Assembly (NCBI GenBank): GCA_903906425.1
Contig: CAIVKH010000124.1
Coordinates: 35,981-99,980 of the forward strand
Direction of reading: 5' to 3'
Length of the DNA stretch: 64,000 nt
DNA from: an uncultured bacterium
GTDB taxonomy: Bacteria; Verrucomicrobiota; Kiritimatiellia; CAIVKH01
A program made the position numbers and the translations under genes. The notes under the pieces were generated by a model. The model was not told the origin of the DNA. It was given only the letters and a program-made list of their open reading frames with translations, and searched no databases. Positions 53,185 to 62,517 of the stretch are shown piece by piece. Position 1 is the first letter of the stretch. Each line of letters opens with the position of its first letter.

Positions 53185-54354
53185 TCAGTCGAATCCGAAT
53201 TGCCGCGCCACATTTTCCGCGCGATGAGTCTGCTTGTCACCGAGCAGCGACAGATTTTCCCAGCGGACAACATCGCCGCGTTCCGTTTTAAGAAAATCGC
53301 TCTTCTCGCCGCCTGAAAATTTGCGAGCCAGGATTTCATAACGGCGGATCAGACCGTCTGCCGCACAGCCGTCGCATTGAACGCGACCCTTCAAATTCAT
53401 CATCGGACTGACGAGCCGCGCGGGTTCCGCGACACTTTCGCCCGGTCCGGGCGCGCAATTTGCGATGGCGACAAAACTGTATTTCAAAAATTGAATCGTG
53501 CGAAACAACCGGCTGTTGAGGCTCTGAAGACTTGCCGGCGGCTTCCACCAGCGGACTTCGTGACAAAAATCTTCACGATGTTTGGCGAGCATCGGACACG
53601 GGCGTTGATGAAGGCACGGCGCAAGGATCGCCATTCTTCCGGCCGCCGAAATTCGATCGCGCAACCGTTCCAGCCGCTCGCTCGTAATTTTCATCGCAGG
53701 CTCGGAAATCAGCAGCAGTCCGCCGTCCGCAAGTTTTGCGGCGACGCGATCAATCCACGGGTCGAATTCCGATTCGGCCTTGCCGTGGAAACTTTCGTTG
53801 AGCGCAAAGCTCGCAAGAATGATGTCGAACTTTTCGTCCGTAGTTTCGTGAAATGTCAGCAAATCGGCGCATCGCGGCTGGTATTTCAATCGCGGCCACA
53901 GCTTGGAATTATCTGCCGCGATTTCTTCAGCGATCCCAAGGCTGGCGGAGGATTTTTCGATGGCGTGAAGTTCGACATCTCGCCCGACGGCGAGGCGGCT
54001 GGCCAGCGCGAAGCCGGCGCTGCCGGTGCCAGCGCCAAGATCGGCGATCCGCAGCGGATGGCTGTCGGGCGCCTTCCAGCCGCACCGTTGAACGATTTCA
54101 TCGAACACGAAAAGTGTCCGGACAAAAGTCTGCGGGAAGAAGAAGATTCCGTAGGCCAGCAGCATCTTTTCGTCCGTCGCGTAATCGCCAAAGCCTGCAT
54201 CGCGATCGGTGGTGAATCCGTCGCTGAGCTTCGCGACATCGGAATCGAGCGCGCGCAGGGCGACGGTGTTGTTGGCGGTGCCGAGCTTGCGTCGCGCCGC
54301 CGCGAGCCACCACTGTTCGAGGACCGCGGGATATTCGGGACGGGAAATCGTCAT
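53185..54354 (-). CDS. SAM-dependent methyltransferase, Rsm22-like.
   Basis: IADLGAGTGSAGFAL SAM motif and the downstream Cys cluster APCLHQRPCPML...FCHEV. Confidence 0.6.
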   Translation of the reverse strand: MTISRPEYPAVLEQWWLAAARRKLGTANNTVALRALDSDVAKLSDGFTTDRDAGFGDYATDEKMLLAYGIFFFPQTFVRTLFVFDEIVQRCGWKAPDSHPLRIADLGAGTGSAGFALASRLAVGRDVELHAIEKSSASLGIAEEIAADNSKLWPRLKYQPRCADLLTFHETTDEKFDIILASFALNESFHGKAESEFDPWIDRVAAKLADGGLLLISEPAMKITSERLERLRDRISAAGRMAILAPCLHQRPCPMLAKHREDFCHEVRWWKPPASLQSLNSRLFRTIQFLKYSFVAIANCAPGPGESVAEPARLVSPMMNLKGRVQCDGCAADGLIRRYEILARKFSGGEKSDFLKTERGDVVRWENLSLLGDKQTHRAENVARQFGFD

Positions 54355-55418
54355 TGGTCGTTCCGTAAAAATTTCATCGCGGCCTCGTAGGCGGGCTTCG
54401 GTTTGTACGGCTGTTTTTCGTCGCCAGTCTTCGCGTGCGAAACCAGGCCGAAATGGTGCTCCGGCTCCTTCGGATCGGTCCCGTCGTCATGCCAGTCGTA
54501 CCAGATCGTGACCGGAATTTTTTCCGCGCGGTTCACCGTGAATTCCTGCGTGACGCGCTCGGCCTGCTTCGCCTCGTCGTAATTTTTCCACGCCGCGGAG
54601 TAGCCCCACTCGCCGGCAAGAATCGGAATGACGCGGCCTGGCGGCGCATATTTCGCGATCATCGCGCGCAGCTTCGTATATTCATTCGTGACGTTCCCCG
54701 GCGCTTGCTGCCGGTAAGGATGAACCGAGACGGCATCCCAAAAATTCAGCAGCCCGGCCTGAAAACACGGCTCGATGAACTTGAAATCAATGAGCGACGT
54801 CGCCGGACCGACGAGCGCCTCGCCCGGCGCAGCCTCGCGGACGGCCTTCGCGGTCGCCAGCGCGAGCGCGGCGTAGTTCGTCACGTTTGGCGTCGGTTTC
54901 CAGAATCCGATATTCGGCTCGTTCCAAGTTTCCCAGATGTAGCCGCGGCCCGCGAAATGGTTCACGCTCGCGGCGGCCCAGCGCGCAAACGCGGCACGGC
55001 CCTCGTCGGTGAACGGCGACTCGCCTTTGTCGTAGTTGTGATTGCCGTAGTCGAAAATGAAATAGGCCTTCAGCCCGTTCTTTTCGAGATCGGCCACGAG
55101 CCCGTCGTAAGCCGAAAAATCATATTTGCCTTTTTCGCGTTCGATCGCGGCCCAATGAAAATCCATGCGGACCCACGTGAACCCCGCGCGCTGGATCATC
55201 GCCAGCTCGCCGGGAATCTGCTTCGTGAAATGAATGTTCACGCCGAATTCCGGCGCGCGCGGCAGCGACGAATGCATCTGTGGCATGGTCGCGCAGGCCG
55301 TGAGCGCGCCGCCGAGGATCAGAATTTCCAATGATTGGAAAATGCGGCGGCGGAAATTTCCAATGATTGGAAACCATCGCAGCGGGAGGATCGGGCCGGC
55401 GGAAACTGGATTTTGCAT
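54351..55418 (-). CDS. Clan GH-A glycoside hydrolase (GH5/GH39-like).
   Basis: FGVNIHF...GFTWVRMDFHW...YIWETWNEPN (acid/base Glu) and ILAGEWGYS (nucleophile Glu). Start uncertain: ATG 55418 includes two REP copies that would encode a lipoprotein-like signal, while ATG 55286 gives no signal. Confidence 0.65.
   Translation of the reverse strand: MQNPVSAGPILPLRWFPIIGNFRRRIFQSLEILILGGALTACATMPQMHSSLPRAPEFGVNIHFTKQIPGELAMIQRAGFTWVRMDFHWAAIEREKGKYDFSAYDGLVADLEKNGLKAYFIFDYGNHNYDKGESPFTDEGRAAFARWAAASVNHFAGRGYIWETWNEPNIGFWKPTPNVTNYAALALATAKAVREAAPGEALVGPATSLIDFKFIEPCFQAGLLNFWDAVSVHPYRQQAPGNVTNEYTKLRAMIAKYAPPGRVIPILAGEWGYSAAWKNYDEAKQAERVTQEFTVNRAEKIPVTIWYDWHDDGTDPKEPEHHFGLVSHAKTGDEKQPYKPKPAYEAAMKFLRNDQ
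55326..55372. repeat. REP cluster 16: two copies.
   Basis: 55326-55340 and 55358-55372 (both G centre). Confidence 0.95.
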
Positions 55419-55537
55419 GGGCGGGGAGGCTGGCACAAAAGGCCGCCCGGCGACAAGCATCGTGTCGCGTTTTGTTGTGTCGCGCTTGACGCCACGGGGC
55501 GGCATCGCGGATAAACGCCGCTCCGAAGGAATTTTTT

Positions 55538-56449
55538 ATGGCTGCAAAACCGACAGGACTCGGGCGCGGGCTGGGCGCGCTCATCAAAGACACGCAGGCG
55601 GGCGAATCCGAAACGCTGGCCGCTGCGCCGACGAAAGGCGGCGTCGCGCGCATCGCGGTCGGGCAGATCCGCCGCAGCCCGTGGCAGCCGCGGCATACGT
55701 TCGAGCAGGAGGCGCTGGGCGAACTCATCGCGTCGGTCCGTGAACGCGGCGTTTTGCAGCCGCTGCTCGTGCGCCGCAGCGGCGAAAAATTCGAGCTGAT
55801 CGCCGGCGAACGCCGGCTGCGCGCCGCGATGGACGCCGGGTTGATTGACGTGCCGGCCATCGTCATGGAGGTGACCGACCGCGAGGCGCTCGAAATTGCG
55901 CTGGTCGAAAATTTGCAGCGGGCCGATTTGAACCTGATCGAGGAGGCCGAGGGCTATCGCGCACTCTCCGAAAAATTCCAGATGACGCAGGAGCAGATCG
56001 CCACGCGCGTCGGCAAGGCCCGGCCGACCGTCGCAAACGTGATGCGGCTGCTCGAACTTCCCGACGCGGTGAAACAGTTCGTGGCCGAAAAACGGCTTAC
56101 GCCCGGCCACGCGAAGGCGCTGCTCGGCCTGGAAAACCGCAAGGAAATGGAGCTGCTCGCCGCGCGCGCCGTCAACGAGGACCTGTCGGTCCGCACGTTG
56201 GAACACATCGTCGCGCGGACGAAACGCGAGCCGTCGAAACCGCGCGAGGAAAAGTCCGACATTCCCGATCAGCACATAAAATATCTGGTCGAACGCCTGC
56301 ACCAGCATTTCGGAACGCACGTCCGCCTGACGCCGTGCCGCACGTTCGCGAACGGAAAGAAGGTCAAGGGCGTCATCGAACTGGATTACCATTCCAGCGA
56401 CGAACTCGATCGGCTCCTGGTGATTCTCGGGATCACGGAGTCGTTTTGA
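55538..56449 (+). CDS. parB: Chromosome-partitioning protein ParB/Spo0J.
   Basis: MAAKPTGLGRGLGALI N-terminus, the GERRLRAA ParB box, and an HTH (QEQIATRVGKARPTVANVMRLLEL). Confidence 0.92.
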   Translation: MAAKPTGLGRGLGALIKDTQAGESETLAAAPTKGGVARIAVGQIRRSPWQPRHTFEQEALGELIASVRERGVLQPLLVRRSGEKFELIAGERRLRAAMDAGLIDVPAIVMEVTDREALEIALVENLQRADLNLIEEAEGYRALSEKFQMTQEQIATRVGKARPTVANVMRLLELPDAVKQFVAEKRLTPGHAKALLGLENRKEMELLAARAVNEDLSVRTLEHIVARTKREPSKPREEKSDIPDQHIKYLVERLHQHFGTHVRLTPCRTFANGKKVKGVIELDYHSSDELDRLLVILGITESF

Positions 56450-57555
56450 GTTCCGATGAAAATACCGCCGACACCCGCGCGCAGGCCGCCGACACCGCAC
56501 GGGCACGGGTTTTTCTCCTGCGCGCCGCCGCCTCGTTCGTCGCGCTGGTCGCCTACCAGCTTTCCGGCGCGTCGGCACACCTGATCGCCGGGCTCGGCGC
56601 GCGCTTCAGCGGCTCGTGGTTTCCGGTTCACGCGATCTACATCGTCATTTCGCTCTTTGGCCTCGGCGTGCTGATGCTGCCGTTCAGCCTCTACGAAGAC
56701 TTCATCCTCGAAGCCCGCGAGACCGGCGAGGAAACGGATTTCGAGGAATGGACCATCGAAATCCTCAAGGTCATCGGCATGGATCTTCTGGCCGGATCGG
56801 CATTCTTCCTCGCGATCTACGGTCTGCTCGAATGGCTGCCGCGCGCGTGGTGGATCGTCGCCGCCGCGATCTACGGCGTCATCAATTGCGTCACGACAAT
56901 CCTTCCGATGCTGCAAGGCCCGGCCGAGGATGAACTGGCTGAACTGCGCGAGCCGGTCCTGCGCGAGCGTTTCTCCGCCATTTTGAAGCAATGCGGGCAG
57001 CGCGATTTCGAAGTGCTGCGCTGGCAGGGCGAGGGTTCGAACCAGCAATCCATGCTCGCGCTGCAAGGCATCGGCAAGCGCCGCCGGATCGTCATCAGCG
57101 AAGCGATGCTCCGCGATTTCACCGCCGATGAAATCGCCGCCCTGCTTGCACACGAAGCCTCGCATCTGCGCAGCTTCGACACGATGCGGCTGAACATTCT
57201 GAGTTTTATCGCCGCACTGCTCGGCTTTGCCGCCACGAACGCGCTGATGAAGATTTTCGGCGCGTGGTTCGATTGCCCGCCGAGCGGCGACCTCGCCGCG
57301 TTTCCGATTTTCACCGGCACGTTGCTCGCCGTCTCCTTTGCCGGCCTTCCGCTGCTCAATGCTTTTTCCCGCCGTCGCGAATATGTCGCCGACATTGTCG
57401 CCGCCCGGATCGCCGGCGAGATTCCGCTTCGCGAAGCGCTCGAAAAATTGAACGACGGCGGTCCCGCCGCGACGCCCGGCACCGTGCTCGACCTGTTTCT
57501 CGAAAGCCACCCCGGCCTGCATCAACGCCTCTGGCGGTTGAACAACAAGCGGTGA
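56446..57555 (+). CDS. M48-family zinc metalloprotease (membrane).
   Basis: HEASH (HExxH) zinc-binding motif, several TM helices, and C-terminal ESHPGLHQR. TTG 56446 overlaps the parB stop (TTGA), with GGAG 5 nt upstream. Confidence 0.7.
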   Translation: MSSDENTADTRAQAADTARARVFLLRAAASFVALVAYQLSGASAHLIAGLGARFSGSWFPVHAIYIVISLFGLGVLMLPFSLYEDFILEARETGEETDFEEWTIEILKVIGMDLLAGSAFFLAIYGLLEWLPRAWWIVAAAIYGVINCVTTILPMLQGPAEDELAELREPVLRERFSAILKQCGQRDFEVLRWQGEGSNQQSMLALQGIGKRRRIVISEAMLRDFTADEIAALLAHEASHLRSFDTMRLNILSFIAALLGFAATNALMKIFGAWFDCPPSGDLAAFPIFTGTLLAVSFAGLPLLNAFSRRREYVADIVAARIAGEIPLREALEKLNDGGPAATPGTVLDLFLESHPGLHQRLWRLNNKR

Positions 57556-57576
57556 GAGCGGCAGCAGAGGCGGCGG

Positions 57577-58410
57577 TTATTTCGCCGTCTGCCCGCAACG
57601 TGGCTGGAGAATTTTCTTCACGGCCGCGCCGGCATCCTTGCTGCGATAGATTTGCTGCTCGACCCAGTTGGCGGCCTTTTCGAAAACATCCGCCGGCGCC
57701 CATTCGTGTCCGCCATCGAACATGAACGTCTCGAAATGCCCGCTGCCGATCGCGGCTTTCATTCTCGGAACCTCGCTCTTGTTTTTGTCCTTTTCGCCCA
57801 TCGTCATCGCAACGAAGACGGCGTGGGACCCCTTGAGTTTGGCCACGTCATAAATTCCGCGCGAATCGGACGCGCCGCCCGCGCTCTGCATGATCAGGCC
57901 CGCGAAGCCGGGCCGGAGTTGTTCGAAAACGCTGCTGGCGCGCGCGCCGCCGGACTGGCCGGTCGCAAGTTTGAGCCCCTCCTGGATGCGCACGCGTTTG
58001 ACGACATCATCGTGCGCCGCGAGAAAATTTCCGATGATCGGCGGCCACGGCCCGTTCTTGGATTCGACGAGCATGACGACGACATAGCCGTTGACCTTCA
58101 GCCACGACGCCATGTTGCCCATGTTTGCGTTGCCGCCGGCCGACGCGATGAACATGCACGGCCACGCCTGCTTCGCATCAGCGTTGTAGCCTTTCGGCAA
58201 CCAGAGCTTGTAGTGGTAGGCGCCCTTCGCCGCGTCATAATCCTTCGCCGTGAACACCGGCACCTCGTTCTTCTTCGGCGCCTGCGTCAGTTCGCAGGCG
58301 ATCGTGATTTCCTTTTGCTCCTGCAATGCCTGATCGGGCGGCGTCGTTTCAGCGCGAACAGCGGGAGCGGAGCAAAGGCACAACAAGATGAACCATCGAA
58401 GAATTTTCAT
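57577..58410 (-). CDS. Secreted alpha/beta-hydrolase (esterase).
   Basis: Signal MKILRWFILLCLCSAPAVRA and a GQSGG nucleophile-elbow motif. Confidence 0.6.
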   Translation of the reverse strand: MKILRWFILLCLCSAPAVRAETTPPDQALQEQKEITIACELTQAPKKNEVPVFTAKDYDAAKGAYHYKLWLPKGYNADAKQAWPCMFIASAGGNANMGNMASWLKVNGYVVVMLVESKNGPWPPIIGNFLAAHDDVVKRVRIQEGLKLATGQSGGARASSVFEQLRPGFAGLIMQSAGGASDSRGIYDVAKLKGSHAVFVAMTMGEKDKNKSEVPRMKAAIGSGHFETFMFDGGHEWAPADVFEKAANWVEQQIYRSKDAGAAVKKILQPRCGQTAK

Positions 58411-58452
58411 GCGTGAAGAATTACCGGCCGGCCCCGCCAGGGGCAACATTCA

Positions 58453-58734
58453 TCAACGCGCGCCAGCGAGGCGTTTTTCCTTCCGCTTCTTCTTTTTGTT
58501 GTGCGCCGCGGGCCCGCCGACCGCCGTCTCGTGATACCACTCCCGGTGCGGCGAAAACTGGCCGCACTTCAGGCACTGCGTCTCCGCCCACGCGTGGCCG
58601 CACGCCGGACAAATTCCGCCCGTCTCAAACGTGTTCCAAGAATTCCCGCACTCCGGCTTGCAGAACCATCGCGACGCCGGATTCGGCCGCCACCTGCACT
58701 TCGGACAAAAGATTTCGATGCGCCGCGCGCTCAT
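58453..58734 (-). CDS. Small zinc-ribbon protein with a Lys-rich tail.
   Basis: CPKC...C..EC and CPAC...CLKC cysteine pairs, 93 aa. Confidence 0.45.
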   Translation of the reverse strand: MSARRIEIFCPKCRWRPNPASRWFCKPECGNSWNTFETGGICPACGHAWAETQCLKCGQFSPHREWYHETAVGGPAAHNKKKKRKEKRLAGAR

Positions 58735-58800
58735 TGTTTCGCCTCGTCAACGCGTGAATCTGTACACGATCCGCCCGCCGGGGCAAGCGGCCGCGATAAG

Positions 58801-58879
58801 TTCCAATGATTGGAAATTCCGCCGCCGCAAACTTCCAATCATTGGAAAAACACGGTTCGGAAATTTCCAATCATTGGAA
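58801..58879. repeat. REP cluster 17: three copies.
   Basis: 58801-58815, 58833-58847 and 58865-58879, exact 32-bp pitch. Confidence 0.95.
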
Positions 58880-58939
58880 CTCACGAAGCGAAACAGAAAA
58901 ATCGACATCGCGGCAGGCGTCGCATTTAATCGCGCGCCG

Positions 58940-59893
58940 ATGAAGAAAACCTGTCTTGTCATTTGTTCGCTTCTCGTTTTCGGCTGCACGGTGGAGAAGA
59001 AACCCGCTCCGCCGCCGCGGCAATTTGATCCGGCGCAGTTCGACGGGAAGAAGGCGCTGTTCGAGGCGGTCGGGCTCGTCGGCCAGGGCGCGCGCGATGG
59101 CGGAACGCCGGGCGCGGAGAAGGCGGCGAATTATCTGGCGAAGCGGTTGCAGGCCGCAGGCGTCGCCGCAGAAATTGACGCGTTCACGAACATGACGCCG
59201 CGCGGGCCGCGAATTTTCCGAAACGTCATCGGGAAATTGCCGGGCGATAGCACGAATCTGATTCTCGTCTGCTCGCATTTCGACACGAAGCCCGGCATCT
59301 GCGAAAATTTTCAGGGCGCGAACGATTCGGGTTCGTCTAGCGGCGTGCTGCTCGAACTGGCGCGCGTGCTCGCGAAACGCGAAAAGCGCGGACCGGAAAT
59401 TCAGCTCGTGTTCTTCGACGGCGAGGAATCTTTACACGAATATTCCGAAATTGATGGCTTTCATGGCAGCCGTTTCTACGCGCAGAAACTCGTCGAGCAG
59501 GGCCGCGCGAAAAACACGCAGATGATCCTACTGGACATGATCGGCGATCAGAATCTCACCGTCACCTTGTCGAACAACAACGATCCGAAACTGGCGACAA
59601 TGTTCCTGCAGGCGGCCGAAGCCGATGGCTCGCGGGCGCATTTTCAGTTGTGGCCATATCAGATCGGCGATGACCACTCGGCGTTTCTCGAACGCGGAAT
59701 TCCGGCGGTGGACATCATTGATTTCGACTACGGCAGCGCGCCGGGACGAAACGATTACTGGCACACGCTGGCCGACACGACCGACAAGCTTTCCGCCGAC
59801 AGCCTGCAAATCATCGGGCGCTGCACGATCCGCGTCTTGAACGCGCTGGTCGCCGAGGATGCGGTCAAAACCGCTTCAGCAAATTCAAAATAA
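58940..59893 (+). CDS. M28-family metallopeptidase / glutaminyl-cyclase-like lipoprotein.
   Basis: Lipobox LVFGC, then [27 protein letters not shown] and VFFDGEE metal-ligand blocks. Confidence 0.75.
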   Translation: MKKTCLVICSLLVFGCTVEKKPAPPPRQFDPAQFDGKKALFEAVGLVGQGARDGGTPGAEKAANYLAKRLQAAGVAAEIDAFTNMTPRGPRIFRNVIGKLPGDSTNLILVCSHFDTKPGICENFQGANDSGSSSGVLLELARVLAKREKRGPEIQLVFFDGEESLHEYSEIDGFHGSRFYAQKLVEQGRAKNTQMILLDMIGDQNLTVTLSNNNDPKLATMFLQAAEADGSRAHFQLWPYQIGDDHSAFLERGIPAVDIIDFDYGSAPGRNDYWHTLADTTDKLSADSLQIIGRCTIRVLNALVAEDAVKTASANSK

Positions 59894-60074
59894 GCGTCAG
59901 CACGACGCTGACGATGATCATCGAGGTGATCGGAATGAAGATGAGGCCGTTTCCCTTTTCGATGCGGATGTCGCCGGGAAGTTTTCCGAACCACGACAGC
60001 GCGCCCGGCGCGAAAACCAGCAGCGCTCCGACCGCGGCGACGGCGAGACCGACAATGATCAGAAATTTTCCCAT
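59865..60074 (-). CDS. DUF2905-family small membrane protein.
   Basis: 69 aa with two TM helices flanking [14 protein letters not shown]. Confidence 0.65.
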   Translation of the reverse strand: MGKFLIIVGLAVAAVGALLVFAPGALSWFGKLPGDIRIEKGNGLIFIPITSMIIVSVVLTLILNLLKRF

Positions 60075-60113
60075 CGGCTTTTCTTTGCGATGAATGACGG
60101 CTATTGTTCCCGC

Positions 60114-60425
60114 ATGAGCCTACTTGTTGTCCACGTTCAGGTGCATGTCAAACCGGAGTGCGTCGAGGCGTTCAAGGCCGCGACGATGGAGAACGCGCAG
60201 AACAGCGTCCGCGAGGCGGGCATCGCGCGGTTCGACGTCGTGCAGCAGGCGGACGATCCAACACGCTTCGTGCTCGTCGAGGCGTACAAGACGCTCGACG
60301 CTCCCGCGAAACACAAGGAAACCGCGCACTACACGAAGTGGCGCGATGCCGTTGTGCCGATGATGGCCGAGTCACGAACCAGCGTAAAATTCGCAAACGT
60401 TTTCCCAGTCGACGGCGGTTGGTGA
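60114..60425 (+). CDS. Antibiotic-biosynthesis-monooxygenase (ABM) domain protein.
   Basis: 103 aa, [21 protein letters not shown]...[21 protein letters not shown]...HKETAHY. Confidence 0.7.
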   Translation: MSLLVVHVQVHVKPECVEAFKAATMENAQNSVREAGIARFDVVQQADDPTRFVLVEAYKTLDAPAKHKETAHYTKWRDAVVPMMAESRTSVKFANVFPVDGGW

Positions 60426-61594
60426 TGAACTTCGAATTCGCCACAGCCACTCGGATTGTTTTCGGGCCGGGTTCGATCCAGCAGCTCGAAGCGATTTCGA
60501 AATCGCTCGGCGCAAAGCCGCTTCTGGTCATCGGAATCGCCCCGGCGCGCGTGCCGAAATCGGCGGCGTTTATTTCAGCGGCGACGATGAGCGTCGCGGG
60601 AGAGCCGACGTTCGATCTGGTCCGCGCGGGCGTCGCGAAGGCGCGCGAGGCGGGTTGCGATTCGGTGATTTCAATCGGCGGCGGCAGCGCGATTGATACG
60701 GGCAAAGCCATCGCAGCGCTGCTGACGAACGGCGGCGATCCGCTCGATTATGCGGAAGTTATCGGCGAAGGAAAGCCGATCACGAAGCCGTCGCTGCCGC
60801 TGATCGCGGTGCCGACGACGGCGGGCGCGGGCGCGGAGGTGACGCGCAACGCGGTGCTGTGTTCGACAGAACACAAATTCAAAGTGAGCTTGAGAAGTCC
60901 GACGATGCTTCCGACCGTCGCGCTCGTTGATCCCGAACTGACGCTCGATCTTCCGCCGGCGATTACGGCGGCGACGGGAATGGACGCGCTTTCGCAAGTG
61001 ATCGAGCCGTTCGTTTCGATTCGTTCGAATCCGATGGTGGACGCGATCTGCCGCGAGGGAATCATCCGAATCGCGCGATCAATTCGTGTCGCGTTCGAGG
61101 ACGGAAAAAATCTTGAGGCGCGGACCGACATGTCGCTGGGCGCGCTTTTCGGCGGGATGGCGCTGGCGAATGCGGGCCTCGGCGCGGTTCACGGTTTTGC
61201 CGCGCCGATCGGCGGGATGTTTCCCGCACCGCACGGCGCGGTTTGCGCGGCGCTGCTGGCGCCGGTGATGGAAATGAACATGGCGGCGCTGGCGGTTCGC
61301 GGAGCGGGTTCGCCGGTTTTGAAAATGTGGGAACACGGCGGTGCAAAATTGAACCGCTACGAAGTGCTCGCGTGTCTGCTGACGCATCGCACGGACGCGT
61401 CGGTGGCCGACGGCGTGGAATGGCTGCGGCTGCTTTCGCGTGATTTAAAAATTCCGGCGCTGCGAAACTTCGGCATCGGCGAGGCGGATGTCGCGACGAT
61501 CTGCGAGAAGGCAGCGGCGGCCAGCAGCATGAAGGCGAATCCGATTGTGCTGACGAAGGACGAGCTGACGGCGATTCTGCGCGCGGCGCTTTGA
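60425..61594 (+). CDS. Iron-containing (group III) alcohol dehydrogenase.
   Basis: VISIGGGSAIDTGKA, AVPTTAGAGAEVT and GAVHGFAAP blocks. The ATG overlaps the upstream TGA (TGATG). Confidence 0.85.
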   Translation: MNFEFATATRIVFGPGSIQQLEAISKSLGAKPLLVIGIAPARVPKSAAFISAATMSVAGEPTFDLVRAGVAKAREAGCDSVISIGGGSAIDTGKAIAALLTNGGDPLDYAEVIGEGKPITKPSLPLIAVPTTAGAGAEVTRNAVLCSTEHKFKVSLRSPTMLPTVALVDPELTLDLPPAITAATGMDALSQVIEPFVSIRSNPMVDAICREGIIRIARSIRVAFEDGKNLEARTDMSLGALFGGMALANAGLGAVHGFAAPIGGMFPAPHGAVCAALLAPVMEMNMAALAVRGAGSPVLKMWEHGGAKLNRYEVLACLLTHRTDASVADGVEWLRLLSRDLKIPALRNFGIGEADVATICEKAAAASSMKANPIVLTKDELTAILRAAL

Positions 61595-61649
61595 GGCAAG
61601 CCGTGGCGGGCACGATGTCCGATGCGGGCTGGCGCGGCGCGGCGGTTTT

Positions 61650-61696
61650 TTCCAATGATTGGAAATTGGGGGGCCGCGTTTTTTCAATCATTGGAA
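61650..61696. repeat. REP cluster 18: two copies, the second with one mismatch.
   Basis: 61650-61664 and tttcaatcattggaa at 61682-61696. Confidence 0.9.
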
Positions 61697-61821
61697 ATTT
61701 TGCGGGTCGGGCGCGGGGGCGTGAATAAACGGGGCGGGGCCGCGTCTTAGGGCATAGAAGCCGGCTTGCGATGCCGGGGATTTGCGGGTAATGCTTTCGC
61801 GGTTCAATTGAGAGGAATGAC

Positions 61822-62439
61822 ATGAAAACAATGGTCCGATTTTTGATGATGGCTGCGGCGGCGCCGGCCGCGCTGATGCTCGGCGGGTGCGCGATGTTCC
61901 GCGCGGATGTTTCCGATGTGAACGTGGATCAGACAAAGCACATGGGCGCCCACTATGATTATTCCGACATGCGCGCGATGACGCAGGATTTTGCCGATTC
62001 GATGGTCAGCGAGTTTTTGGCGAAGCAGCCGTCGCCGCCGATCATGGTGACCGCGGGGCTTGAAAACCGGACATCGAAGCATGAGGACACGAAGCTCATC
62101 ACCGACCGCGTTCGCGACCTGATCCTGCCGACGGGCAAGGCGCAGTTCATCAATGAGGCGCGGCGCGCCGATTTGATGAAGGAGCAGGGCTACCAGGCCG
62201 CGAACGCGACGCCGGAAACGCAGGCGAAAATCGGGCGGCAGCTCGGGGCGAAATATATGATCAGCGGATCGCTGGCCGAGATGGAAAGCAAATCGCCGCG
62301 GCAGGTCCGCGTGTCGAGCCAGCAGATCATGTATTACCACATGGTCATCGAGGTGACCGACCTTGAAACCGGGTTGCTGGTCTGGAGCAAGCCTCGCGAC
62401 TTCGCGCGCGAAATCAGCAAGCCGATCATCGGCTGGTGA
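61822..62439 (+). CDS. LpoB-like (COG3417) lipoprotein.
   Basis: Lipobox MLGGC. The ENRTSKHEDTKLITDRVRDLIL and ISGSLAEM blocks resemble the penicillin-binding-protein activator LpoB family. Confidence 0.5.
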   Translation: MKTMVRFLMMAAAAPAALMLGGCAMFRADVSDVNVDQTKHMGAHYDYSDMRAMTQDFADSMVSEFLAKQPSPPIMVTAGLENRTSKHEDTKLITDRVRDLILPTGKAQFINEARRADLMKEQGYQAANATPETQAKIGRQLGAKYMISGSLAEMESKSPRQVRVSSQQIMYYHMVIEVTDLETGLLVWSKPRDFAREISKPIIGW

Positions 62440-62517
62440 AAATTGCGGCGCGGCCGCAAGGGCGCCGGCGATGACCGCCCCCGGCGGCGGCGCCGAAATC
62501 CGGCGGAGAAAGCGGCG

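Noticed and set aside
51600-56500. parS sites (TGTTNCACGTGAAACA-like) or DnaA boxes (TTATCCACA) near parA and parB that would indicate an origin.
   Set aside because: Scanning by eye found only partial matches such as cacgtgaaaaca at about 50085 (outside the par region) and gcacgtgaaag at about 44385. There was no convincing palindrome or box cluster. A pattern search allowing two mismatches should be run before excluding them.
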